Virus record (IMG/VR): IMGVR_UViG_3300037419_002082
Coordinates: 1-64,000 of that record
DNA: 64,000 bases
Source: a virus
Strand: one strand, 5' to 3'
The translations under genes and the position numbers were made by a program. Below the pieces are notes generated by a model. That model was not told where the DNA came from and made no database searches. It saw only the letters and a program-made list of their open reading frames with translations. Position 1 is the stretch's first letter; each line of letters opens with the position of its first letter. Shown piece by piece: positions 1 through 9,994 of this stretch.

Positions 1-472
1 AGTAGGAACAACCGTTTTAGATTTGCCATTCACAAACTTAATCCCAAGTTTTGATGATGCAAGGTGGAGTTTACACGCGAATACGCAAGTGTTGGGGAAG
101 GATTATTTGCGGTTGAATGCGACAGGAACAGGTCAAAATAGCTATTTTAAAATACCCTTTGTTACGGGTGTTAAATATATGTTTGACTGCAAGTTTGGCT
201 TTGATTCTAATCATCGTATGCAACTATATGCTTTAAATGCTGACGGTAGTTTAGGGACAACGCTACTAAGTTTTAATCAGCCTGTTTTACCTTATATTTG
301 GACAGCGGATAGAACAGAAACTTTAGGAGTTGTTGTTAGAAGTAATGGCGCAGGCACATTTGACTTCGTTCAGCCGAAATTATTCCAATTAGACGGAAAA
401 GAAGGTACTTTGAATGGTAGCCCTACTCCAAGATTAAAAAGGGCAAAAAGAATATTATATAATAAGAGATAA
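1..472 (+). CDS. C-terminal part of a probable virion/tail-associated beta-rich protein (5' end outside window)
   Basis: The frame is open from base 2 to the TAA at 470-472. The sequence is beta-sandwich/CBM-like and the neighbours are structural-type genes. Confidence 0.5.
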   Translation, partial: VGTTVLDLPFTNLIPSFDDARWSLHANTQVLGKDYLRLNATGTGQNSYFKIPFVTGVKYMFDCKFGFDSNHRMQLYALNADGSLGTTLLSFNQPVLPYIWTADRTETLGVVVRSNGAGTFDFVQPKLFQLDGKEGTLNGSPTPRLKRAKRILYNKR

Positions 473-475
473 AAT

Positions 476-504
476 AAAAAGAGCCTATTAATTTAGGCTC
501 TTTT
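476..504. terminator. Bidirectional intrinsic terminator
   Basis: Inverted repeat AAAAAGAGCCTA...TAGGCTCTTTT between convergent genes. Confidence 0.75.
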
Positions 505-955
505 CTACTTCTCCAACATATTTTAATGTTTTACATTTTGGGCAATATGCACCTTTTGGAATTTTCCTCTTTCTATAAAATACATTTCCATCACAATTAC
601 ATATATATTTATGAAACTTTCCTAAAGTATTATATGTCTTTGTAGGACATACTCCTAATCTTTTTAAAGTATCTTCAAAATATTGCTGACCATCTCTAAA
701 AGGTTTTCCTTGTTCAAATAATGCATAATGCACTAATTCATGTTTCAATACATCAATTACATGTTCTCTTGGATGAGTGTTAATAAATTCTTGTGAAATT
801 TGAATCTTCCATGATTTATTATTTCTACGTTGAAAGTAACCGAACATTATCTTCATTCTATTACTTATGAAAATAGGAATCTCTAATTTCATGTTAAACT
901 CCTTATCCAGAAATTCCCTCGCTATTTCGTATAATTCTCTACCATCCATTTTCAT
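488..955 (-). CDS. SprT-like zinc metalloprotease with C-terminal zinc ribbon
   Basis: HELVH (HExxH) motif; CxC...CPKC C-terminus. Confidence 0.85.
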   Translation of the reverse strand: MKMDGRELYEIAREFLDKEFNMKLEIPIFISNRMKIMFGYFQRRNNKSWKIQISQEFINTHPREHVIDVLKHELVHYALFEQGKPFRDGQQYFEDTLKRLGVCPTKTYNTLGKFHKYICNCDGNVFYRKRKIPKGAYCPKCKTLKYVGEVEKSLN

Positions 956-1087
956 CTCTCCTTATCTATTTATAATTATATTATAATACATTATAATACA
1001 TTATCATATATAAAAAAGAATAAAAAGGAAAAAAAATTTAATCTTAATAAAGAGTACATTATAATTAATGTGCTAAGGAGGATTTAA

Positions 1088-2896
1088 ATGCTTATTCAAG
1101 GTGATAATAATGTATCTTTTCCATTTAATACTGGCAAAGATTTAACTGGAACTACTGTAAAAGTAGATATTATGAAAAGTGATGGGAAAGTTAATAAAGT
1201 TGCCAATATATTAGATGCTAAAAAAGGAAAATGTGAAGTAATTTTATTAAGCACAGATTTAACTGTAGGTGGAAAATATTCATATCAATGGACTATAGAA
1301 TATGAAGACGGCAAAAAAGTTTCCAGTTTATCAACTATATTCAATGTTGGGTGGAAATTAGGTTTAGAACCTATTCCGGATAATGGAAATAATGGCAATG
1401 TTGGAGTAGGCCTTCCTGGTAAAAGTGCATATCAGATTTGGCTAGATGCAGGTAATACCGGAACTGAGCAAGACTTTTTAAATTCGCTAATTGGACCCCA
1501 AGGACCTCAAGGACCTGCTGGCACAGGTGGTGGTGGAACATCCTTAACATTTAGAGATATTACAGCAGGTGAATTGTTTTCTATGACTACACCTCCTCCA
1601 ATAACAACAGTATACGGAAATATTGTTATAAATAAAACAGCAGAAACTATAAATGAGGGTACTACAACATCCTTTACAGTAACTTTAGATAAAGCACCTA
1701 CTGATAACCAAGTTATTAGCTTATCTGTAAACAATAGTGATGTAACATTAGATAAAACATCCTTAACTTTTACATCAGCTAATTATAATGTAGCCCAAAC
1801 TGTAAACGTTACAATTGCAAACGATACAGATATGTCAAATGAAAGTGCAATAATTACTCTATCAAATCCAAATGTAACAAGTAAAACCCTAACTTTGACA
1901 ATTACAGATACTACTGTGGGGACACCTGTAGCAGCTACGTCTATTTCACTAGATAAATCAACTAGCGCATTAAATGTAGGCTCAAGTGAGCAATTAATTG
2001 CTACGGTATCACCTTCCAATGCTAGCAATAAAAATGTTATCTGGAGTAGTTCAAATACCGCAATTGCTACTGTATCTAGTGGAGGATTAGTAACAGCGGT
2101 TGCACAAGGTTCCGCTACAATTACTGCAAAGAGTGAAGACGGAAATTATACTGCAAGTTGTGTGTATACAGTAGCTGTAAGTAATTTTGCTGGAGCCCAA
2201 AAGGCTTACGTTCAAGGTTCTTATTTATATGTTGACCCAAGTACAATTTTAGATACTGATATCAGTATAAGAGCAGAAGGGGAAGCATCCCATAAATATT
2301 TCTCAATGGGTGTATTCCTCAATACTATTAACCTAGCTTTAGGTACAGCTACTACTGCCAATGCATCTAATGTATTTAATGGAGTTATTCCTTATGCAGG
2401 TGAACAAACTTTAGCGAATTTTACAGCTGGTAGTTTAAGCGTTCCTGACACATGTTATATCACATACAATGGTGCTATTTATGTTAGAATTCCAGCATCT
2501 ATCTATACTAATAATGGCAATAGTATTCCACTTGCTTTAGCTGCTATTTCTCAAAGATTACCTGTATTAAAAGGAACAGCAAACGATGAATTTATCATTA
2601 CTGACACTACAATTGATGCAGTAACTACAATAAGTGCTATCACTGTTACTAATAATATGTGGACTGGTTTCCTAACTCTGCCATCTGGTTTGGGCACTTA
2701 CACATCCATTGTTAATGGAGTAAACTCTATATCCGGACGCTATACAAGTTCAATCACAACAAGAGAAATGTGGTATGTAAATGCGACAACAAGATTAAAC
2801 TTTAAAATACCGCAAGATAAAATGGCATCTTGTACCCTAGCAACTGTAAAACAATACTTGAAAGATAACCGATTGACATTATGGGTAGCTAAATAA
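1088..2896 (+). CDS. Virion accessory/adhesin protein: BppU-like N-terminus, collagen-like linker, Calx-beta/Ig-like (Big_2) domains
   Basis: GKSAYQIW...GPQGPQGPAG motif; Big_2-type 'WSSSNTAIATVSSGGLVTAVAQGSATIT'; RBS AAGGAGG. Confidence 0.7.
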   Translation: MLIQGDNNVSFPFNTGKDLTGTTVKVDIMKSDGKVNKVANILDAKKGKCEVILLSTDLTVGGKYSYQWTIEYEDGKKVSSLSTIFNVGWKLGLEPIPDNGNNGNVGVGLPGKSAYQIWLDAGNTGTEQDFLNSLIGPQGPQGPAGTGGGGTSLTFRDITAGELFSMTTPPPITTVYGNIVINKTAETINEGTTTSFTVTLDKAPTDNQVISLSVNNSDVTLDKTSLTFTSANYNVAQTVNVTIANDTDMSNESAIITLSNPNVTSKTLTLTITDTTVGTPVAATSISLDKSTSALNVGSSEQLIATVSPSNASNKNVIWSSSNTAIATVSSGGLVTAVAQGSATITAKSEDGNYTASCVYTVAVSNFAGAQKAYVQGSYLYVDPSTILDTDISIRAEGEASHKYFSMGVFLNTINLALGTATTANASNVFNGVIPYAGEQTLANFTAGSLSVPDTCYITYNGAIYVRIPASIYTNNGNSIPLALAAISQRLPVLKGTANDEFIITDTTIDAVTTISAITVTNNMWTGFLTLPSGLGTYTSIVNGVNSISGRYTSSITTREMWYVNATTRLNFKIPQDKMASCTLATVKQYLKDNRLTLWVAK

Positions 2897-2909
2897 GAGG
2901 TGAAATTAT

Positions 2910-4259
2910 ATGCAAGGACAAATTAAAGTTATTGATGGAATATATCCTGTAACAAGAGCTGAAGCTGTTTATATTTCAGATAATAAAACACTACAACAAG
3001 CTATCGCTGACGGTTCACTCGGTAGCTCAAATACAGTGACTACAACATCTAATTTTGTAACATCAGCTTTTGTATTATGTGGAGATATATTGTTTACACC
3101 GAATGCTAATACAAAATCCATCACAGTATCCCTGAACTTAGACTTGGAACTGAATAGAATTATGATTGTGAACTACTCAAATGGAACTTCAAGACAGGAA
3201 TCTATACCTAACCCTTTCACCTTACAAAATAAGGAATACATGGTATGGAATGCTACAAATGGTTTTCAGATTAAGTCACAGCTAAATGGCGTATCCATCC
3301 CATTTGACTCTGTTTTAGTAGCTATCAACTGGAATGGTAAGATTACAAGCGGTGTTATATTTGAAATATATAATAAACGATATCCCTTGTATGAGAGAGA
3401 ATACTCATTGAAGTTTACTGAAACCAATATAGGTAGTGGTAAAACCTTCCATTCTATGTTTGTATGTGATAATGAGCTGATTACACTTGAAGTTGCTAGC
3501 TTAGGCGCTGGGAATGTGTTCTCCCTACCAAGTTTAACATGGACTAAATCATTTAACATTTCATTAGTAGAGACTAATGCTAATTCAACTACAAGTGAAT
3601 TAAGGCTGGTAGCTTCTGACTATAATCAGACTGTAAGAGCCTTGATTCTAGGTAACTCTACGAATACAGGTTCCGAAGAATACATGAAAGGGTATATTTT
3701 CTATAATGCAGATACCTGGAAAAATTCATCTAGCACCGTTACATTTGCTAACTGTGGTCTGTATACAAAGCTAGATTTCTTGCCTAGTGTGTTCCCAAAT
3801 CAGACGCTTGCTAAGATGTGTTGGGCATCAGAGGATGATATGTGTTACTTAACTACAACTGATTTGCAGTATGTTCATAAACTGTTGTTAGGTACAGGTA
3901 CGAACGTATTGGAAAATGGAACGTATGCCTATGACCCTGCAAAAAGGTATAATGGAACATATAAAATTATACAAACATTTACACAAGACCCGCCTAAATG
4001 GAACAATAAAGATTTACAATTCTATAGGGGCGCTCTTTGGTATCCTGTTAAGTATACTAGTGGTGGTTATAAAATTCAGAAGTCTTACCTAAATACAGGT
4101 AGTGGGTCAATTAAAAATGATTTAATTTGGTATAATCCTATTGGTCAAGACGGTAATCCATTATTAACAGGAAGCCCTGAAGGTATTGTTATTTATAATG
4201 GAAAAATATACGCTGGACATGCAACTTATCCAAAAATATATTCATTTGATGCTTTATAA
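2910..4259 (+). CDS. Hypothetical tail-associated protein (possible beta-propeller C-terminus)
   Basis: 449-aa ORF with GAGGTG RBS; 'IYPVTRAEAV' N-terminal motif common in phage tail proteins. Confidence 0.5.
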   Translation: MQGQIKVIDGIYPVTRAEAVYISDNKTLQQAIADGSLGSSNTVTTTSNFVTSAFVLCGDILFTPNANTKSITVSLNLDLELNRIMIVNYSNGTSRQESIPNPFTLQNKEYMVWNATNGFQIKSQLNGVSIPFDSVLVAINWNGKITSGVIFEIYNKRYPLYEREYSLKFTETNIGSGKTFHSMFVCDNELITLEVASLGAGNVFSLPSLTWTKSFNISLVETNANSTTSELRLVASDYNQTVRALILGNSTNTGSEEYMKGYIFYNADTWKNSSSTVTFANCGLYTKLDFLPSVFPNQTLAKMCWASEDDMCYLTTTDLQYVHKLLLGTGTNVLENGTYAYDPAKRYNGTYKIIQTFTQDPPKWNNKDLQFYRGALWYPVKYTSGGYKIQKSYLNTGSGSIKNDLIWYNPIGQDGNPLLTGSPEGIVIYNGKIYAGHATYPKIYSFDAL

Positions 4260-4261
4260 AT

Positions 4262-4289
4262 AAAGAGCCCTTAATGGGCTCTTATTTTT
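4262..4289. terminator. Bidirectional intrinsic terminator
   Basis: AAGAGCCC-TTAAT-GGGCTCTT between convergent genes. Confidence 0.75.
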
Positions 4290-4464
4290 CTTCTTCGTCT
4301 ATAATATTTTTATCAAGCAGCCAATCAAAAGTTACATCTGCAATTGCTTCTAAATCTTCTTCCTTTACAACTAAACCTCTTTCTAAAAGCTTATGAAAGA
4401 AAAATTCTGCTATTTCTTCAGTATCCACAGTTATCTCAATTTCACGCCAGTTTTTCTCTTCCAT
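4282..4464 (-). CDS. yozD: YozD-family protein
   Basis: 'EIEITVDTEEIAEFFF.KL.ERG...EE.LE.IADVTFD.L' matches the Bacillus YozD pattern; GAGGTG RBS. Confidence 0.7.
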   Translation of the reverse strand: MEEKNWREIEITVDTEEIAEFFFHKLLERGLVVKEEDLEAIADVTFDWLLDKNIIDEEEK

Positions 4465-4594
4465 ATGAGCACCTCATTTTTCGTTAATCCTAAATATTCC
4501 CCTCTTTGTTTTTCTTTAGTTGTTTCTATTTCTTCTTCTTCAGGAGAAGTATTAATAATATTAATATATATTTACAAATAAAATCCAAATATAC

Positions 4595-5812
4595 CTACTT
4601 GCTAACTTCAAATGCAATGTCCAATTTTACCTTAGCATCTGGAGGAATATTCTCTAAAAGCTGATAAATCCCTAAAACTAAGGACGATGTCTCATTCTTA
4701 TTGGACGTAATAGAGATTTTATTATTTAAAATGATAATTTCTTTTTTTGAAATTTCAGGATTATCAATGGATATAATAGGCTCTACAATAGGAATTACTC
4801 TTTTTGGAGTAGGCTTATAATCAAATGGTTCCTGAGTTTTAGGTGGAAATATTTTATCTAGCTCTTTTATAAAATCATCTTGTTTTTTTAACTCTTTAAC
4901 TCTATTTTCATGTATTTCTTCCAATATAATTTCCGGCTTTTTAACCTTCTCTGTCTTATGTACTAAGACATATTTATTTATCTTATCCAATAATTCCTTA
5001 TTAACTGCTGGAATTTCCACTCCTTCAAATTTCCCTTGCTTTAACCAATTTCTATAATTATTAACACTTTGATAAGAAACACCCATAAGTTTTCCAATCT
5101 CTTTGTTAGCTAATTGCGGATAATTTTGGATAATATAAATATAATCCGTTTTACTATACTTTACCATTTTCTTCTCTCCTTTTTCTTTCAAAGCATTATA
5201 TGTTGTTATTTTTTTATATTCTCCATTTAATGCAATGCTTTTTAAATTTTCTTCAATTGCTGTAACAATTCTTGAAATATAAGATTGAGAGCATCCTATA
5301 TCTTTTGCTACTTCTCTTTGATTTTCACCATTAATTATGCATCTTTCAAGGATTGCTTTATCTCTTTCTTTTGCATTGTTATTAAATATTTCTAGTACTT
5401 TTGATGCTGTTTCGTAATCTGAAACATCATATTCCTCTTCTTCTGCAGGTATAATATCCATTAAAGTTAAATCGCCGCCATCTTCATCTACACTTAAAAC
5501 GTGTTCTAAGCTCAAAGTGCTTTTATGCTTTTTATTAATTCTCAAAAACATTAAAATTTCATTAGTCATTACTTTGGCTGCAAAAGTGGCAAACTTAATT
5601 CCTTTATCTACATCAAATTTTTTGTATGCCTTAAATAATCCTATTCTAGCCATGGATGCTAAATCATCTTTTTCTATTCCTGTGCTTAGAAATTTGCCAG
5701 CTATATGAAAGCATAACCTATCATTTTGGATTAGCAACTCTTCTTCTGCTGCCATATCTCCATTTTTTGCTAATCTAATCAGCTCCTCATTTCTATAAGC
5801 AATCTTTGCCAT
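4595..5812 (-). CDS. Sporulation-type (SigE/SigK-like) sigma-70 factor with long C-terminal extension
   Basis: 'DDLASMARIGLFKA...KFATFAAKVMTNEILMFLR' and 'NQREVAKDIGCSQSYISR'; start moved to 5812 behind an AGGAGAG RBS. Confidence 0.85.
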   Translation of the reverse strand: MAKIAYRNEELIRLAKNGDMAAEEELLIQNDRLCFHIAGKFLSTGIEKDDLASMARIGLFKAYKKFDVDKGIKFATFAAKVMTNEILMFLRINKKHKSTLSLEHVLSVDEDGGDLTLMDIIPAEEEEYDVSDYETASKVLEIFNNNAKERDKAILERCIINGENQREVAKDIGCSQSYISRIVTAIEENLKSIALNGEYKKITTYNALKEKGEKKMVKYSKTDYIYIIQNYPQLANKEIGKLMGVSYQSVNNYRNWLKQGKFEGVEIPAVNKELLDKINKYVLVHKTEKVKKPEIILEEIHENRVKELKKQDDFIKELDKIFPPKTQEPFDYKPTPKRVIPIVEPIISIDNPEISKKEIIILNNKISITSNKNETSSLVLGIYQLLENIPPDAKVKLDIAFEVSK

Positions 5813-5822
5813 ATTATCTCTC

Positions 5823-6692
5823 CTAATTATATATTTTTTTATTAGCAAGATATTCTTGTACTTTAGGTTCAATAGATTCATCAGGAGTAAGATTAAATGT
5901 ACCTTTTTTATGGCTTAAGATAACCCTGCTTACACTCATAGCTGTCCATTTAAGGATTTCAGCAATTTCTCTAGAAGTTAATTCTGGGTAATTAATAGCA
6001 ATATATAATGCTCTTCTTTTTGTATTAATATTACTATTTTTAATTTTCTTGGCTTTAGATTCTGCTCCTCTTTTTCCATATCTATTAAAACCTTCAATAA
6101 CTTCCATTTCAATAGCAATTTCTTGAATTGATTTAACAGCTTTAGCTGCTAATCTAGAAACATGAGCTTGAGTGTGGCCAACAATCTTTCCAATATCTCC
6201 AGTAGTCTTATCTTCAAGTATATATAAATTAAATACTTGGAGAAGCTTAGGGTCCTTTTCAGAATAAATTTCTGTAAATTTCTTATAAACTTCTTTAGTT
6301 ATTGCAAAATCACCTTTATCAAAATCGCCTTCTTCTGCAGCAAGAGTATCTATTAATAATAGCTCTTTATCATCTTTATCTTTTGCAGCTACACCATCTA
6401 AGCTTAATGGCTTTACTTTTCGATTTTCTCTATTAACCATTAAAATTTCATTTGCAATAACTCTCATGGCATAGGTGGAAAAAGCATAACCAGATTCAAC
6501 GTCATAAGTATTAAAAGCCTTAACTAATCCAAAACTACCAATACTTATTTTTTCGTCTTGACTAATAAAAATATTTCTTAAATTGCTAGCTACTTTATAA
6601 ACCAATTTAATGTTTTGTTTAAAGAATTCTTCCTTTAAAAATTCATTATTCCGGGCATCTACGATATTTATTCTGTCTTGTACTATTGTCAT
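5823..6692 (-). CDS. Sporulation-type sigma-70 factor with extra C-terminal HTH
   Basis: 'SIGSFGLVKAFNTYD...FSTYAMRVIANEILM' and region-4 'HTQAHVSRL'. Confidence 0.85.
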   Translation of the reverse strand: MTIVQDRINIVDARNNEFLKEEFFKQNIKLVYKVASNLRNIFISQDEKISIGSFGLVKAFNTYDVESGYAFSTYAMRVIANEILMVNRENRKVKPLSLDGVAAKDKDDKELLLIDTLAAEEGDFDKGDFAITKEVYKKFTEIYSEKDPKLLQVFNLYILEDKTTGDIGKIVGHTQAHVSRLAAKAVKSIQEIAIEMEVIEGFNRYGKRGAESKAKKIKNSNINTKRRALYIAINYPELTSREIAEILKWTAMSVSRVILSHKKGTFNLTPDESIEPKVQEYLANKKIYN

Positions 6693-6792
6693 TGTCTTAA
6701 CTCCCTTCTCAATTCGATTTATTTCTTTAATTATATAAACTATTCATCACTTAATTTTTAAAGTTTCACATAATAAAAAAATGAGGGTCCAA

Positions 6793-7332
6793 TTAGACCC
6801 CCAACATTTTAACCATCATAGTTTTTGGATTTATAACAATTCTTTTATCTTTTCCAACTTTATTTGCATAATCTATTGTTACTTTAGTACCGCCTTTAGT
6901 ACCATTCCAAACTGCAATTTGATAGTTAGATTTATTAACCATCCACTTATCCCTTACATGCATACAAGTTGGAAAATACTTCATATTACTTGTGTAAATA
7001 ATCATATCTGCCTTATCCAAAATATTTTCATATGTTATTTGAGATTCTTTTGGCCAACTATCAGAATGACCTTTACATGGAATAGCGCATATTAGTTTCA
7101 TATCCGGATATTTTTCTTTTAATTCCAAAACAATCTCTGCAGCCCATTGGTCAATGCCTAATGCTACACCAGAAATAAAATTCCTAATGCCATGTGTATA
7201 ATACATATAAATAATTGCATCTCTTAAAGCATTCCTAATTTTTGTATTACCTTCACTAAGCTTATCATAACCATATAGTTTATTCGGTCTGTGACCAGTA
7301 AAGCATAAGGATTCTTCTGCATTAAAATTCAT
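6793..7332 (-). CDS. SLOG-family (YspA/DUF1273-like) protein
   Basis: 'CFTGHRP', 'SGVALGIDQWAAE', 'RDKWMV', 'GGTKVT'; start at 7332 behind GGGAGTG. Confidence 0.85.
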   Translation of the reverse strand: MNFNAEESLCFTGHRPNKLYGYDKLSEGNTKIRNALRDAIIYMYYTHGIRNFISGVALGIDQWAAEIVLELKEKYPDMKLICAIPCKGHSDSWPKESQITYENILDKADMIIYTSNMKYFPTCMHVRDKWMVNKSNYQIAVWNGTKGGTKVTIDYANKVGKDKRIVINPKTMMVKMLGV

Positions 7333-7398
7333 ATTATCACTCCCTCTTATCTCATTATATATTATATGGATAAGAGAATATGAAAATTTCACATAAAA

Positions 7399-7421
7399 AA
7401 AAGAGAGGATAGCCCTCTCTT
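7399..7421. terminator. Intrinsic terminator for the upstream minus-strand gene
   Basis: AAGAGAGG-ATAGC-CCTCTCTT with an A-run on the left (U-tail on the minus strand). Confidence 0.65.
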
Positions 7422-7974
7422 AAAATTTATATTGATAAAAACCTTTCATAGGTCTTTGTATTTTATTCTTCTCCAATAAATCCGGTAAGATTCTAGTTTG
7501 AACAGTGCTTGAAGCAGGTTTAGCATCTAATATGACTCCAGCCCTATTTAATATTTCACTAACTTTTAATGGTGTACCTGCATCTTTTAATACTAATAAT
7601 ATGGTAGAGGTTAATTTCTCTCTGCTCATTCTGCCTTTTCTAACTTTGTTTTCTTTTTCTACTGCTCTTTGAACAGTTTCTTCAGGAATAATTGATGGAG
7701 TTTCTTTTTCTTCTATTATATATGATTTTTCGATTTTCTCCACTTGATATTCCGTTTCTCTTTTTAGATTATTTATGGCAGCTTCTTTAGCGTTTTGAGT
7801 ATGTAAATCTATATAGCCTGTTATGGATAAGTCCTCAATTCCTCTTTCTTCTAAGGAATTTAGAAAGTCCAGCCTTTTCTTAAGGCCATAATACATATCA
7901 ACCAGCTGTCTTCTTTCTGTTGTAATATCCTTCATCATACCATAAATATAAAGCTTTTCCTCTTGAATATTCAC
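7420..7974 (-). CDS. Rok-like (repressor of comK) winged-helix nucleoid protein
   Basis: N-terminal coiled coil; C-terminus 'PLKVSEI...KIQRPMKGFYQY' resembles the Rok winged-helix end 'VKKPYRGQY'. Confidence 0.55.
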   Translation of the reverse strand: MNIQEEKLYIYGMMKDITTERRQLVDMYYGLKKRLDFLNSLEERGIEDLSITGYIDLHTQNAKEAAINNLKRETEYQVEKIEKSYIIEEKETPSIIPEETVQRAVEKENKVRKGRMSREKLTSTILLVLKDAGTPLKVSEILNRAGVILDAKPASSTVQTRILPDLLEKNKIQRPMKGFYQYKF

Positions 7975-8150
7975 ATAAATCTCTCCTCTATTGTCTCTTT
8001 ATTAATATAATTATCTTTAAAAATAATATATATCAATATAATTTTGATTATAATACAAAGTTGAACACTTGTATAGATAAATATGAAACCTTTATTATAT
8101 TAATTTCATTATTATATATAATAGAATTATTAAGATAATGAGGTGGTTAT

Positions 8151-8744
8151 GTGAGCAGAAACGCTAGATTATATTTTTACTATGCAACTATGAAAGCTAA
8201 TAAATCACTAGAATTGATTACAACAGTTCAAAAATACCAGTTCCAAAATAAGAAGTATTTAGTCTTTAAGCCAAAAATAGATACAAGAAATGGTCAGTTT
8301 ATTTATTCTAGAGCATTAGATTTTAAGGTACCAGTCGATTCAATGATTGCAAATGAAACTAAAGGCTTAATGTACTTTAAGGCAAAATATGAATATCCAA
8401 GTGCAGTCCTTGTAGATGAAGTACAATTCTTTAAAGAACATCATATCCAAGAACTAGTAAGGATTGTGGAAGAGTTAGATATTCCAGTTATTGGATATGG
8501 ATTATTAACTGATTTTCAAGGTAAACTTTTTGAAGGTTCAAAAGCTATGGTGGAAAATGCAGATAAAATGGGTGAGATTAAAACAGAATGCTTTTATTGT
8601 AGCCGTAAAGCTACTAGAAATATGAGAACAGTAAATGGTATTCCAGTATTTGATGGTCAACAAATTTATGTTGGAGATGATGATTACATTCCAACTTGTA
8701 GAAATTGCTATAATAGGCTTAAACATTATACAGAATTAACTTAA
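8151..8744 (+). CDS. tdk: Thymidine kinase
   Basis: 'FKPKIDTR', 'VDEVQF', 'YGLLTDF', CxxC...'GDDDY.PTCR.C' zinc site; the P-loop is atypical (ATMKANKS). Confidence 0.9.
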   Translation: MSRNARLYFYYATMKANKSLELITTVQKYQFQNKKYLVFKPKIDTRNGQFIYSRALDFKVPVDSMIANETKGLMYFKAKYEYPSAVLVDEVQFFKEHHIQELVRIVEELDIPVIGYGLLTDFQGKLFEGSKAMVENADKMGEIKTECFYCSRKATRNMRTVNGIPVFDGQQIYVGDDDYIPTCRNCYNRLKHYTELT

Positions 8745-8769
8745 GGGTCTTAGGACCCTTATTTTTTTT
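8742..8769 (+). terminator. Intrinsic terminator
   Basis: TAAGGGTC-TTAG-GACCCTTA followed by a T-run. Confidence 0.75.
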
Positions 8770-8770
8770 G

Positions 8771-8812
8771 TGTGAAACCTTGTCTTATTTGTTAAACATA
8801 AAATATTATAAT
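8771..8812 (+). promoter_or_regulatory. Representative phage promoter: TGTGAAACC box plus TATAAT (one of ~15 copies)
   Basis: GAAAC starts 32-33 nt before TATAAT here and at many other intergenic sites (see findings). Confidence 0.7.
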
Positions 8813-8853
8813 CTAATTAATAAAAGAAATTTCTATAAAGGAGATGATAAAAA

Positions 8854-9570
8854 TTGACACCAAGTGAATTATTTGAAAAAAATAAAAAGCTGGTATTTAT
8901 GGTAGTAAATAGAATGAAATATACCAGTAGAAATGATATTAACGTCATTGATACGGAAGATATGGAGCAAATGGGATTAATTGGTCTTTGGAAAGCTAGT
9001 GAGAAATTTGACCCTAATAAAAAAATGAAGTTTTCAACTTATGCAGTTCCAACAATTCATGGTGAAATAACAAATGCACTGAGAGATAGTTATGGCCATA
9101 TTAAAGTCCCAAGACCATGTAAGCAAATGGCAAAAAAGTTAATAAAAAAAAGAGAAAATGGAGAAGCTACTCCAACAATTGATAGTGTTATAGAGGAATT
9201 TGGCTGCACTTATGAAGACGCTCAACTTACTATTGATATGCTGAGCTTAAGTATTGTAAGTACAGAACTTCCTGCTACTAAAAGCCAATCAGGAAGAGAA
9301 TTATACATTTCTGAAATATTAGCAGATGATAATTCTAACTTTGAAGATAAACTTATATTAAGTGAGCAAGTAAAAGAAATACTTTCTTTAGTAAATGAAG
9401 TAGAAAAAAATGTTTTAATTTTAACAATGAATGAAAAAAGACAAGCTGAAATAGCTAAGGAATTGGGAATATCTCAAGCTCATGTGTCAAGAATATACAA
9501 AAGGGCAATAAAAAAAATTCAAACACATTATGAGGTAAGTGCCAATGAAAATGAGCCACAATTTGCTTAA
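8854..9570 (+). CDS. SigF/SigG/SigB-like sigma factor
   Basis: 'EDMEQMGLIGLWKA...KFSTYAVPTIHGEI..ALRD....IKVPR' and 'QAEIAKELGISQAHVSRI'; TTG start with AAGGAG RBS. Confidence 0.9.
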   Translation: MTPSELFEKNKKLVFMVVNRMKYTSRNDINVIDTEDMEQMGLIGLWKASEKFDPNKKMKFSTYAVPTIHGEITNALRDSYGHIKVPRPCKQMAKKLIKKRENGEATPTIDSVIEEFGCTYEDAQLTIDMLSLSIVSTELPATKSQSGRELYISEILADDNSNFEDKLILSEQVKEILSLVNEVEKNVLILTMNEKRQAEIAKELGISQAHVSRIYKRAIKKIQTHYEVSANENEPQFA

Positions 9571-9781
9571 ACAAATTAAGAAAAGCAAATTTATTAGGGT
9601 TGAAGAAGTACCTATAGGGCACTACACTTTTGAGTATGCCAAAGAACATTATGCAGAAGGTACAGTATTTGGATTATTAGAATTGGAAAATGAAATACTT
9701 TCCGATTTAGATAATAAAGTAATTGGTTATTTTGGAGTAAGTTTTGAGCATAATATTTTAGCTTATTATCTAAAACTTTGA
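9539..9781 (+). CDS. Hypothetical protein
   Basis: ORF in operon. Confidence 0.6.
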   Translation: MPMKMSHNLLKQIKKSKFIRVEEVPIGHYTFEYAKEHYAEGTVFGLLELENEILSDLDNKVIGYFGVSFEHNILAYYLKL

Positions 9782-9790
9782 GGTGATTTT

Positions 9791-9994
9791 ATGGCTAGAG
9801 GTCCTGTAAACAAAAAACAAATGGATATTGAAATGCATTATGGTTATTTAAATATCCACCTTGAACAGCTTCATACAATGCTCCAAAATCCAAATGTTTC
9901 AGCAGATGAAGTCTTTAAACAAAAAATTAAAGTTGATTCTGCTAGACATGCATTAAAACAATTAGGTTATTTTGAAGGGAGAAAAAAGAAATGA
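9791..9994 (+). CDS. Hypothetical protein
   Basis: GAGGTG RBS; operon spacing. Confidence 0.65.
   Translation: MARGPVNKKQMDIEMHYGYLNIHLEQLHTMLQNPNVSADEVFKQKIKVDSARHALKQLGYFEGRKKK

Noticed and set aside
4470-4594. Possible 20-aa hydrophobic peptide (TTG start) on the minus strand
   Set aside because: Weak RBS and low-complexity AT-rich sequence give insufficient support.
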